64,000 nt of DNA. Source: Octopus bimaculoides. Lineage: Eukaryota. The stretch is from the NCBI RefSeq assembly GCF_001194135.2, contig NC_068981.1:116194830-116258829 (forward strand), read 5' to 3'. Shown here piece after piece: positions 52,960-64,000 of this stretch; within the stretch, counting starts at the first letter, position 1; each line of letters opens with the position of its first letter. Below the pieces are notes generated by a model that was not told the DNA's origin, searched no databases, and saw only the letters and a list, made by a program, of their open reading frames with translations. Both the position numbers and the translations under genes were made by a program.

Positions 52960-55053
52960 CACACATACATACATATATAAAGTAACAAACTTAGGAAAAG
53001 AGATCCTTCAAAGGGGTGTGTAAAACATCGAGTTCACTGGTATGTCAGTTGAATACCATATATATTAATATAATGCAATTACAAAGATAAATTAAGTAGA
53101 GAGATACTATTGGCAATCCAATAATTTGTAAATTCCAATAGTATTTTAAGTTGGTCATTCCAAGTATAGAGTTTTTACATAGTGTTATTGAATCGAGGGC
53201 TATATTTAAAGTAACCTAAAAGTAAGGAATACTTTAAATACTATTGGAATTTACAATGACTAATTTTAAATACTATCGGAATTCACTCAGAAGGTATTGG
53301 AATCTTATATGCAAGCCATTGTGCCTAAATAATGGATCTACAAATGCAATATCCCTGTATATCTCACATCTGTTTTAATTTCTCCACTTCACTCTCTATT
53401 TCGTATCTTATCTAAATTAACTATCGCTTAACCATTTTCTCACACTGCCTCCTATGAAGGGATATAATAAATATCCTGGAAACAGCTGTAAGACCTTGTA
53501 TTTATAAATGTTCTAAAATCTTCACAGCCTTGGTTTTTTTATCTCATTCTGAAACAAAAATTATATATATATATATGTATAAGCACTGATAGTTCACACA
53601 TAGGCGTGCGTGTGTGTGTGTCTGTGCAGTTATAGATATGGATATATTTCGAAAGTATGCTTTGTTATAAATATAGAGACATCATGAACATTTATAACTT
53701 TTTATATTTGAAGATGGGCATACTAGGAATGTGTGATTGACTGCATTAAAGTGATGAATATTGATACGTTCATCAGGTTAGTAGTGTGATATTCGAATGT
53801 AGCTGGAGGTATTTAGCAAAATGACGAGGTTTAGTAAATGTCTCTGATCTAACATTTACGTACATAGTTTTCAGTTTTGACGAATTTTTTGTGCCGAGCG
53901 TTATTAGCTTAGCATAACCCACAACATTTAATACATTTCAACATAGTTTTTATCTCTGGATGATAAGGACTACCGAGTTTATGATAGACTCGGTAGCATT
54001 TGCTTTCAAATTCAACACATAATAGAAGATTTTGTATTCGTTTTTTCAGTATTTCCCATGGAATAAGTTGGTTAAAATATGGTTGTTTAAATTTACGGCC
54101 TATTTACTTACGTACGATTTATGCACAATACTAAGCTTTGGTTTTGTTTGGTTTGTTTTGATAGAGAGCTTCAGTATTTTATGAGTCGTTAAGGAGATGC
54201 ACAGTTGTATTTCTACATGCACAAATATTCACAGTTAATTTAGTTGGTTCTATGAATATTGTATAGCGTGTAATAATGGATGGTTGGATTATAGAATTGT
54301 AAAATAGTAAAAGACTGTATTTATTGAATACTTCTCTGTATAGACGGTTGATGAGGAAATGCTTCTTGACTAGGGCTAAAGCGCTTGTAACAATATCATT
54401 CTTAATGTTTATAGAAAATTATATGTAAATTTAATAATGTCTCAGTGTCTGTTATAGGTGTTAGTTGAAGGGGTTTAGAGGTTCATAGATACTTAAGTGT
54501 GAAAGCATTTGCTTCTTATTCATAACTGTAACAAAATGAGTAGATCAATGCCATATCAGATATTCTTCTATCAATATTTTTAATCAGCTTTTTAAAAACT
54601 ATTGCTTATAATAACAATGGTATTTTTATATAAGCTTAAATCTTGTGGTAATCACCGTGCAATGACTATGGAAATAGTCTAATAAAGGGGCATTTAAGCC
54701 CTCGCCATATGCTACTATAGATCAACATTTAACAGTACATTCTAGGAATAATCACAGACTCTGTTTTTCTCTTTCAATGGTAATACACTGTTATAACTTG
54801 AAGCCTAACCTTTGTAAAAATGCAATTTTTCATAGCATATATTTTCAGTTTCTCTGGTTTGTAAAGGCTTACTCTATATATTTCCAAGGCGTACTGCATA
54901 TATTTTGCCTCTGTTTATAAATACAAAAAAATAAACAAGTTTTCACAATATTTAAACGTAAAGAGTTAAGTATTTATACTAAAAACAATATAAGAAACAT
55001 CATTATATGCCACATATATGAGCACTTCTCTCTAGTGCATACAATGTGTTTGC

Positions 55054-55088
<35 letters not shown>

Positions 55089-55879
55089 GATATAATAGGC
55101 TGTTCTGTGAAGCTAAGAGCAACAAAAGTACTCCAGCTGGTGAGAAATAAATATTGCTTAATGAAAATAGCATATATTTGTTATGAGCTACTAATAGTTT
55201 CATGTGAAGAAGACGTCTCAGGCATCATTTTATAACACATCTAGTGCCTTCGTACATCCTTCAAGCTATGCTCACATGGCATATACAAGTTTAGCATATG
55301 CAAGCTAAACGGGACTATAGTATAAGGGAAAATACGAGAAAAGGCAAGAAGAAGGTAGAGTGAAAGGTGGAAGGTTGAAAACATCAGAAAACGAAAGGAA
55401 AAAAAGAATTAGAGAAGAATTAGAGTTATGTCCCTTTGACCATAAAGCTTTAAGAAGGCTGACTGGATAAGAGTCTAAATTCTGTGGTCATCTGCTCAAT
55501 CCAGAGAGGGTGATATTTTCTAATTCGCTAAGAAGAACTTAATCGATATGTTTACATCCGTTAAAAAATTCAGATACAGTATTCAGTAGTGCGGTGGAAG
55601 TTTTTAGATCTGAAAAGGATCTGCGATCTTTCAGCTACGCATAATTTTCAGTTTTTTGTTTGCTTGTTGTTTTTTTTTTACCCTTTGACATATAGTGTTG
55701 ACTACTCAACTATTTTCAACTTGCTTGTATGTGAGTGACGGTAGACTTCAAACCTCATACCTGGCTAGCCAATTTAATGGCAGTACTTTTGTCCCTGTGC
55801 AGGAAGGAAAATATGTGGTTAGCATCGTGCTTAAGGGCCCGAGATCAGAACCTTCTCCTCGAAACCGAACACCACTACG

Positions 55880-56020
55880 TCGCAGAGACACTAATTTATA
55901 CTTGTATGGATTGAAGCGACGTGAAATAAAGTGTTTTGCTCAAGAACACGAAGCACTGCCCGGTTCATGAATCGAAACCACGAGCAATACCCTAACCACT
56001 CGGCTAGCTGCCTTCACAGC
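55880..56020 (-). mobile_element. tRNA-derived SINE head and core
   Basis: gcgacgtgaaataaagtgttttgctcaagaacac...gaatcgaaacc...taaccactcggcta; same core as 56385-56668. Confidence 0.65.
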
Positions 56021-56384
56021 AGTATGAATCTGATAGAAATTAATATCAAATTTCGCTTTGCTGTTCAGCACAAATCGAATGAAACAAAACAACATAGATG
56101 AGTAAGATGTTTCATTCGCCCACATTATGTGAAGAATACGAAGGTAGTTCGAGTTTCCAAATCGTTTCAGTTTTTGAGCCGACAGTGCTCTGAGAAGGCA
56201 ATATTAAGCGTACGCAAGAAGACGAAAGGCCTGAAAATATGTATGACTCAGAGAATCGTATTATAATTTTACTCTCTACTTCCCACAAAAGTGGAATAGC
56301 ATGGGCTTCTATTACCATGCTCTGTCCAAGTTGGTAGTTCTTAGATTTAGGAAGGCATTAGATTTAGGTAGGCATTAGATTTAG

Positions 56385-56668
56385 AGCTCTGTCGTGTAGC
56401 AGGGAGAGGCTGGACTCTTCGTCGGTACGATGACGTGTGTTCCAGTCGATACAACGGGTCGTAGTTCCCAGGGAAATTCAAGGTGATATAGAATGTGACA
56501 ACGCTGGCCCTTTGAAATACAGGTACAACACATTTTTGCCACTGAGTGAAGTGGAGCAACGTGAAATGAAGTGTCTTGCTCAAGAACACAACGCGCTGCT
56601 GAGAGACGAATTCGTGATCGTAGGATCTTGAGCTGAATACACAAGCCATTAAGCCACGTGTCTTCACT
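56385..56668 (-). mobile_element. Near full-length SINE with a 17-bp tandem tail at 56342-56385
   Basis: Core gcaacgtgaaatgaagtgtcttgctcaagaacac, head end ccattaagccacgtgtcttcac; tail ttagatttaggNaggca repeated about 2.5 times. Confidence 0.65.
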
Positions 56669-57630
56669 AAAAAGGAGAATGAAACAGGAAATAGTTCACT
56701 GTGGATATGACAAAGGATGGCGAAGGCTTCCGAAGAACATACAAAAGCTGAGTGCATGGAAAAATCCAAACAAACATTTCCTGTTTTGTTGCAGTGGTCA
56801 CATCTCCACTCAATTCGAAGTGCTTCATGGATACAGGAGGTAAAAAAAAAGCCTGCAACGTTAGCGGGGAAAATAAGCAGGCTTGTAATCAGTGCTGCCA
56901 GGCGCTGTTGGAGGGAACGATATTGGTGGAAGTTACTGTGAACTTGATGATTTTGAGACATCATTTCGTTAAAAAGAATGTCACCTACTGAAAGCTACAA
57001 ATGGACGTACGTGAGTGCGTTCGTGTATGAGTGTGTTTATGAGTTTTTTTGAATGTATGTACGTATATTTGTGTTCATACAGACAGACACACACATATGA
57101 AAAAGAATGTGTGCATATACATACATACATACATACATACATATATGTGGGTGTGGGTGTATTTATATATATATATAAGTATGCATAAATCCATTTATGT
57201 ATAGTTATATTCATTTACACACACACATACACATATATACATACACACAGGCGCACATACACATACACACGCAAACACGCAAATACACACAAACACACAC
57301 ACACACACACACACACATACACACACACTCACACACACACACACACGCACACACATATGGAGGAACATTATATCCGGTCTTCATGTTACAAAGCACTGTT
57401 GTGTAGTATTCAGACAACAATAAACCAACAGAAAATAAAATCATGATTTTCAGTTATTCTGATGTGTGAGATATTTGGTCGTTCTGCTGATGATTTTGAT
57501 ATGTATGTATGCATGACTTTCTTCATGTGTGTTTGGGTGTATGCATATATGCATACATGGGAGGGTTTGTGTGTAGATAGGCAGATGAATATATAAATAT
57601 TCGTACACACACTCACATATATGTATACGT

Positions 57631-57661
<31 letters not shown>

Positions 57662-59305
57662 CGTATATATATGTTTATTACATATATATATATGTGCATA
57701 TGTGTGTGAGTATATGCATATGTGTATGCAAAACTGCGTGAGTGTAAATATATATTTATATATATATTTGCATATTATGTATGTTTATAACTCTAAAATA
57801 TTCTCCTTTTAGTGTTTTCGAAAGTAATAATATAGTAGATGGTTAGTGGCATTGAGACAAGTCTCTTTTGTCGGAATGTAGTTCATTACTAGATTCATGG
57901 TATGACTATGCCTGTACACTGGAATTTCATCCGTTTCGCCATTGAAATGTTCTGAAACATGTTCGTAATGTTTAAAATAAGTTTTCGGATGCAGATTATA
58001 ATTTATACATAAAATGGTCTCAAAAGACCATACCATAATTTCTTCAGGCTAATCTAAAACCGCAATATATTTATTGTTAATTTTCTAACTCTACTAATTT
58101 AGTAAATACGGTTATTGACCAATATTTCTCTAACCTTTTACCCTTTTTCGTACCGTAGACATTAATCGTATTGAATAAACAAAAAATGATGTTAAGTTCG
58201 AGCAGTACATTGCCACGTCTATTCAAACATTTTACAACATCTTGTCATTAGAGAACGATGCTCCAGGGTAAATAAATAATTGAAGTGCGGTCAACTTGTG
58301 CGAGTAAATGCTAGTAAACCTGCGTCCTTTACTAACTTCTTGTAAAAAATTGTGTTCCTTATGAGCTATCAATCACAGTATTAGACCACCGCCAGTCGGG
58401 TTACCACAATGTTAACTTTTAAGAGGTTTACAATGAAATGCATTTAAACAGTTAGCTTAAACATTGTTTTAAGTTCCTTATTGTAGCCATTTCTTTTCAA
58501 TTAGAACAATGATGTTATTTGAAACTATCCGATAATTTATGCTGCTGCATATGCATTTATTGCTTGGTTCTAACATGTTTCATCTATATGTGAAATGAAT
58601 ATAGAGTCTATCTGTTTTTATCATTTTTAAGATTTGAAAGCTAGATGTCAAAACAAGAAAGTTTAGTTTTATTGGTATTTTGATTTCTACATTCAACATG
58701 TTCTCATATATAAAGACAGTTTCCTTAAGGAAATACAATATCTTGCAAGGAAAAAGTTACATATCCATCATTTTGGACTTTCCCTTAAACAATGATATAT
58801 CAGCATGTGGTGATAAAAATGAGATTAGCTACTGTTGGTTGTAAAAATACTTGACGCTATTACTCATCGCATCAGAAGGTTATGTGAGAAGGAAGTGACT
58901 GTACTGAACCATAGCTTTTTGATTTTGTCACCACTTCAAGCTGTAACTTGTAGCTTCAACGTATATAATATATAGACTAAATAAAAAGTTATCATAGACC
59001 GTAATAATTATTATTAAAGGTTTAATGTATTAGCCTGTTGTTGCAGTTGTATTCCTTGATACAACAGTGAACACATAGAAAATTCTCTCAATGGAAGGAA
59101 ACATGTTGAATTGCCTCTTCAAGTTAGAAAGAATGAGAAGCACATCCCCCATCCACATCTTGCATACATATCTTCATTTCTTTTTGTCACACATGTAAAT
59201 TACATCTGTAAACAGAATCAAATTTTCTCTGTTTATATAGAATTGGGCTGGTGCTTCGACACATGCTGGTATGTAAATATTATGAAGACATTCAAATATA
59301 TATAT

Positions 59306-59406
<101 letters not shown>

Positions 59407-59865
59407 ATATATGTATATATATACATATATATATATATATGTTAGTGGGCTACGATAACAGGGGGTTTGTCCCCAGTATCACTGCAATGGTATTAGCAAC
59501 ATTCCAGCCCTCTTTGACCTTCCTGTTTTACAGTGGTGGTTTAGTATTCTTTCTGGCATTCAATCAGTTTCCCGGTTATGTCATTTACTGAAATCTTGAT
59601 GACAGATCCGTTGGTGATAGCTTTCGAAAACTTGTGGGAACAGTTCAAATTGAATTTGCAGGACGGAAAAACGTTTAGCATAGAGAAGACATCTACGTTG
59701 GTGTCACAATCTTGATAGACAGGAAAAAAGACAGCAAATTGCTAGATAACTTATCTTCGCGCAGAAACTGAATAACCGCGAAAATGCAATATTAAATTCA
59801 CAATTCATAATTGTTGTGTTGAAATCTATGGCCGGTATTCATTTGTACTTAAATAGTATACTATA

Positions 59866-59909
<44 letters not shown>

Positions 59910-60085
59910 GTACACATACGCATGCGCACACTCACGCACACATGTATTACCAAATAAATATTTTTGTATCACTCCTATTGTTCCATAAAAAAAACAGTGC
60001 GTCGAACCTGAAGAGTGCCACAGAGGTACTTTTGCATTACTAACATATCACAAAGTATTAATGCATACATACCTGCATGCATATA

Positions 60086-60585
60086 TAGAGGGATTGGACA
60101 AAATAATGGAAACACCTGAAAATTTCAAATTCATTTTAATACGGTGCAGGGCCGCATTTGACAGTAATTACAGCTTCAAATTCTTCGAGGTATGGACTCG
60201 TACAAAGTTTAAGTTGTTTCCAAAGGAATTTTTGTCCATTCTTCAGCTTAAACAGTCTCCAGTTCTTGTAGTGATGATGCTGGAGGTTATCGACTCTTTA
60301 CTTGTTTTTCCAAAATGCACCATAAATGTTCAATAATATTGAGATCTGGGGACTGTGGTGGCCAGATAAGATGTTGAACTTCACTAGAATGTTCCCCGTG
60401 CCATTCAGTAACAACTTTAGTTGTGTGAATTGGTGCATTATCATCCTGAAAGATTACGTTTCCCTCCGGAAACAGTTCTGCAACAATAGGATAAAGTTGA
60501 TCAGATAAAATGCTTAAATAGTCTTGACTATTAATTCTGCTACGAAGGGAAACCATTGAGCCAGCGGATTTCCAAGTTATTGCCC
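60086..60585 (-). mobile_element. Tc1-family (DD34E) transposon 3' half with one TIR
   Basis: IFQDDNAPIH and WPPQSPDLNIIEHLW in ORF 60287-60556; terminus TA-gagggattggacaaaataatggaaacacc. Confidence 0.85.
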
Positions 60586-60597
60586 CCTCCCCCGATC

Positions 60598-61192
60598 TTC
60601 TATCGAAATGTTAGACGTCGTTAACTGTGGCTTGGTAAAAGGGAAAAAGCTCAACTACAACTGAGAATGGAACTTCATGGAAAAAAAGTTCTTCACTGTA
60701 TCTGGTGAGATTGCAAAGGAGTAATTCACTTTGAATTGTGACCACCTAATGCAACAATCAATGATCAAGTCTACTGTCAGCAATTAGAACGTTTGAACCA
60801 AGCTTTTAAGAAAAAAAGGACCCGCTTTAGTGAATTGAAAAGGAGTGATGTTTCATCAGGACAATGCACGACCCCACACTGCAAAGATCACATGACAGAA
60901 CATCGAAGAGTTTGGTTGGGAGAAAATTCCTCATCCACCTTATTCTCTCGACCTTGCTCCTTCAGACTACCATTTGTTTCGTAGTTTACAGAATTATTTG
61001 GGGGACATTCGCAAGCCAGGAGCAGGTCGAAATTGACATTTCAGAGTTTTACATTGATGACGTTAAAATGCTTGTAAATACAGGGAAGGAAGTCATAGAT
61101 AATCAGGGAAATGATTAATTTCAATTAAATATAACATTTGATCACTTGATTTCTTTATTCAAAATTCGGACAGAACTTATGGAATGACCTGA
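60598..61192 (+). mobile_element. Mariner 3' half (Mos1-like motifs) with one TIR
   Basis: KKVLHCIW.DCKGVIHFEL, FHQDNARPH, HPPYSLDLAPSDYHLF; terminus cggacagaacttatggaatgacctga-TA. Confidence 0.85.
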
Positions 61193-61204
61193 TATTTCTA
61201 CATT

Positions 61205-61370
61205 TTTACCTTTTACTTCTTTCAGTTATAAGACTCCGGCCATACAGGGGCACCACCTTCAAGAGATTTTAGTAGAATCAATCGACTTTAGAATTTATTC
61301 TATCGGTCCTTTTTCCCGAAACGCTAAGCTACTGAGCCGTAAACAAGTGGTGGGATACAAACATATACAC
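61205..61370 (-). mobile_element. SINE 3' half
   Basis: Similar to 45575-45770 (ttctttcagtt..gactccggccat..ggcaccacc...ttattctatcggtc). Confidence 0.55.
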
Positions 61371-61469
61371 AAAGAGACATACTCATATATACACACACAA
61401 ACACATTCATATATATACATATATAAAGGCATTTAATGTGCTCACAATATATATATATATATGTGTGTG

Positions 61470-61521
<52 letters not shown>

Positions 61522-62482
61522 GTAGTATATTGCCACTTAAGTGTGGCTGACCCCTAGGGGTGGATGTTACTGTTGCTTTTAGCCCCAGGAGGATATCTCC
61601 TCCNNNNNNNNNNNNNNNNNNNNNNNNNNNNNNNNNNNNNNNNNNNNNNNNNNNNNNNNNNNNNNNNNNNNNNNNNNNNNNNNNNNNNNNNNNNNNNNNN
61701 NNNNNNNNNNNNNNNNNNNNNNNNNNNNNNNNNNNNNNNNNNNNNNNNNNNNNNNNNNNNNNNNNNNNNNNNNNNNNNNNNNNNNNNNNNNNNNNNNNNN
61801 NNNNNNNNNNNNNNNNNNNNNNNNNNNNNNNNNNNNNNNNNNNNNNNNNNNNNNNNNNNNNNNNNNNNNNNNNNNNNNNNNNNNNNNNNNNNNNNNNNNN
61901 NNNNNNNNNNNNNNNNNNNNNNNNNNNNNNNNNNNNNNNNNNNNNNNNNNNNNNNNNNNNNNNNNNNNNNNNNNNNNNNNNNNNNNNNNNNNNNNNNNNN
62001 NNNNNNNNNNNNNNNNNNNNNNNNNNNNNNNNNNNNNNNNNNNNNNNNNNNNNNNNNNNNNNNNNNNNNNNNNNNNNNNNNNNNNNNNNNNNNNNNNNNN
62101 NNNNNNNNNNNNNNNNNNNNNNNNNNNNNNNNNNNNNNNNNNNNNNNNNNNNNNNNNNNNNNNNNNNNNNNNNNNNNNNNNNNNNNNNNNNNNNNNNNNN
62201 NNNNNNNNNNNNNNNNNNNNNNNNNNNNNNNNNNNNNNNNNNNNNNNNNNNNNNNNNNNNNNNNNNNNNNNNNNNNNNNNNNNNNNNNNNNNNNNNNNNN
62301 NNNNNNNNNNNNNNNNNNNNNNNNNNNNNNNNNNNNNNNNNNNNNNNNNNNNNNNNNNNNNNNNNNNNNNNNNNNNNNNNNNNNNNNNNNNNNNNNNNNN
62401 NNNNNNNNNNNNNNNNNNNNNNNNNNNNNNNNNNNNNNNNNNNNNNNNNNNNNNNNNNNNNNNNNNNNNNNNNNNNNNTATG

Positions 62483-62517
<35 letters not shown>

Positions 62518-63022
62518 GTATATATATGTATATAAACAATATATGAGTATATCATATATATGTACATGTATGTACATACCTTCATCTACATGTACATATA
62601 GATACATAACTGGGTACATGACGTGGCAAAAGAACATGGACAAAATGATAAACAAGGTACAACAAACAAGCAAGCCACACAGAAACATCTCCTTCATCAG
62701 CTGCCACCATTAAAACACCGGCGTTTATATATATATATATATATATATATAAATATATATATATATAAATACATATGAAAGAAGGTTTGAAAATAAAATT
62801 TTAAAGATGTTTATTCACTTGACCGGTTTCACTTTTTTAGAGAAAATATTGTCAAAAGTAAAATGTAAAGCTTTGTATAAGCTTTGTTGTGTTAAGTACT
62901 GGTTGTCACAAAAGTATTAGAAGACATATATACATTCTTTGATAATAATATGAAAATGTTACAAACAGTTTAGAAGAAAGTATTTAAGGAAGTAGTTCAA
63001 TAAAAATCATGTTTGTTTGGTA

Positions 63023-63061
<39 letters not shown>

Positions 63062-63423
63062 AGGAGATATATTTAAGAATTTATGAAAATGTGGAGAGGA
63101 ACCGACCTGTCTTTTTGGCATTTTTTCTGTCTTGTGTGTAACTAAGGAATGTTTGCTGGGGGAAGGAAGAGCAATGTAGAATTAAAAATATGTTTTTGTT
63201 TCTGGGCTAGTCTGTCATGGTTCAGTGGTTTGGAGGACTGGTCTTAGAGGTCAAAATGGTGCGAGTGTGTGTGTCTCTGTGCACGTCTCTATGTGTGTGT
63301 ATATACATGTGTTTGTTCGTGTGTGTGTTAGTGTGCGTCTGTGGGTGCGTGTGTATGTTTGTGTTGTTTTGATTGTCCTTGTTGTGTGTGTGAGAGACCA
63401 ACCGTATGTGTGTGTGAGGGTGC

Positions 63424-63482
<59 letters not shown>

Positions 63483-63501
63483 AAGAAAGTGAGAGATAGA
63501 C

Positions 63502-63660
63502 TACGGGCTTCTTTCAGTTTCCGTCTAACAAATCCACTCACAAGGTTCTGGTCAGCCTGTGGTTATAGTAGAAGATACCTGTCCAAAGTGCCACGCAATA
63601 GGTCTGCACCCGGAACCATGTAGCTGGGAAGTAAGTCTGTTTTACCACGCACACGTCTGT
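63502..63660 (-). mobile_element. SINE 5' half
   Basis: acgggcttctttcagtttccgtct...agaagatacctgtccaaagtgccacgc...cccggaaccatg is nearly identical to 45800-45920. Confidence 0.75.
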
Positions 63661-64000
63661 GTAATATAACTATAAAAATGTGATTAACAGTTGTTTCATA
63701 GCAAATTATTGTGAAACAGTTTGGCATATTACTCTTATCCCAAATTATGGGTTAAAACTGTTGATTTCCCGGGGTCGTAACGTTATAAACGGCAGGATGC
63801 AATACCTAATTAATTCGGTTACTTTTTTCTTCAAATATCTCAATATTTTACAAATAATAGAATAACATATTGTGATTATTTGTGACAAAAGTGCACATGC
63901 CACAACAATGCTTAGGTTGAAAACTGTCAATCTTGCAAAAATCTCGAACATTTTGCTTGGATTTTAACTGAAACCAACATTCTCAGTAATATTAAACTGC

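Noticed and set aside
55251-55265. CGTACATCCTTCAAG encodes RTSFK, as in the Lhx2/9 homeodomain N-terminal arm
   Set aside because: Context reads CLRTSFKLCSHGIYKF and stops soon after; there is no HHQLR or helix similarity. Chance match.
56347-56964. 205-aa minus-strand ORF, the longest gap-free non-TE ORF after the LIM2 exon
   Set aside because: Half of it runs through a SINE; no domain motifs or splice context.
62610-62712. Minus-strand CTGATGAAGGAG hammerhead 5' half
   Set aside because: No matching CUCC-GAAA 3' half downstream.

Overview
AT-rich, gapped (14 N-runs), microsatellite-saturated animal DNA; the repeat families and composition suggest an octopod cephalopod (inference). The only host gene seen is a + strand LIM-homeobox gene of the Lhx2/9 (apterous) class. 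Its LIM1 exon (1486-1727) and LIM2 exon (31912-32327) join in frame across a 30,184-bp GT-AG intron. No homeodomain exon is visible in the remaining 31.6 kb. The introns hold R4/Dong-clade retrotransposons with restriction-like endonuclease (RLE), including a head-to-tail array separated by (AAT)n tracts at 35.3-42.6 kb. They also hold two Penelope-like elements, CR1-like relics, tRNA-derived SINEs, three mariners, one Tc1 fragment and a MITE-like element. The most striking unexplained structures are several minimal type-I hammerhead-ribozyme motifs, including a head-to-head twin forming a ~130-bp hairpin about 570 bp downstream of the LIM2 exon. All calls were made by eye; no alignments, folds or database searches were run, and TE boundaries are approximate. 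No rRNA, true tRNA or CRISPR array was found.
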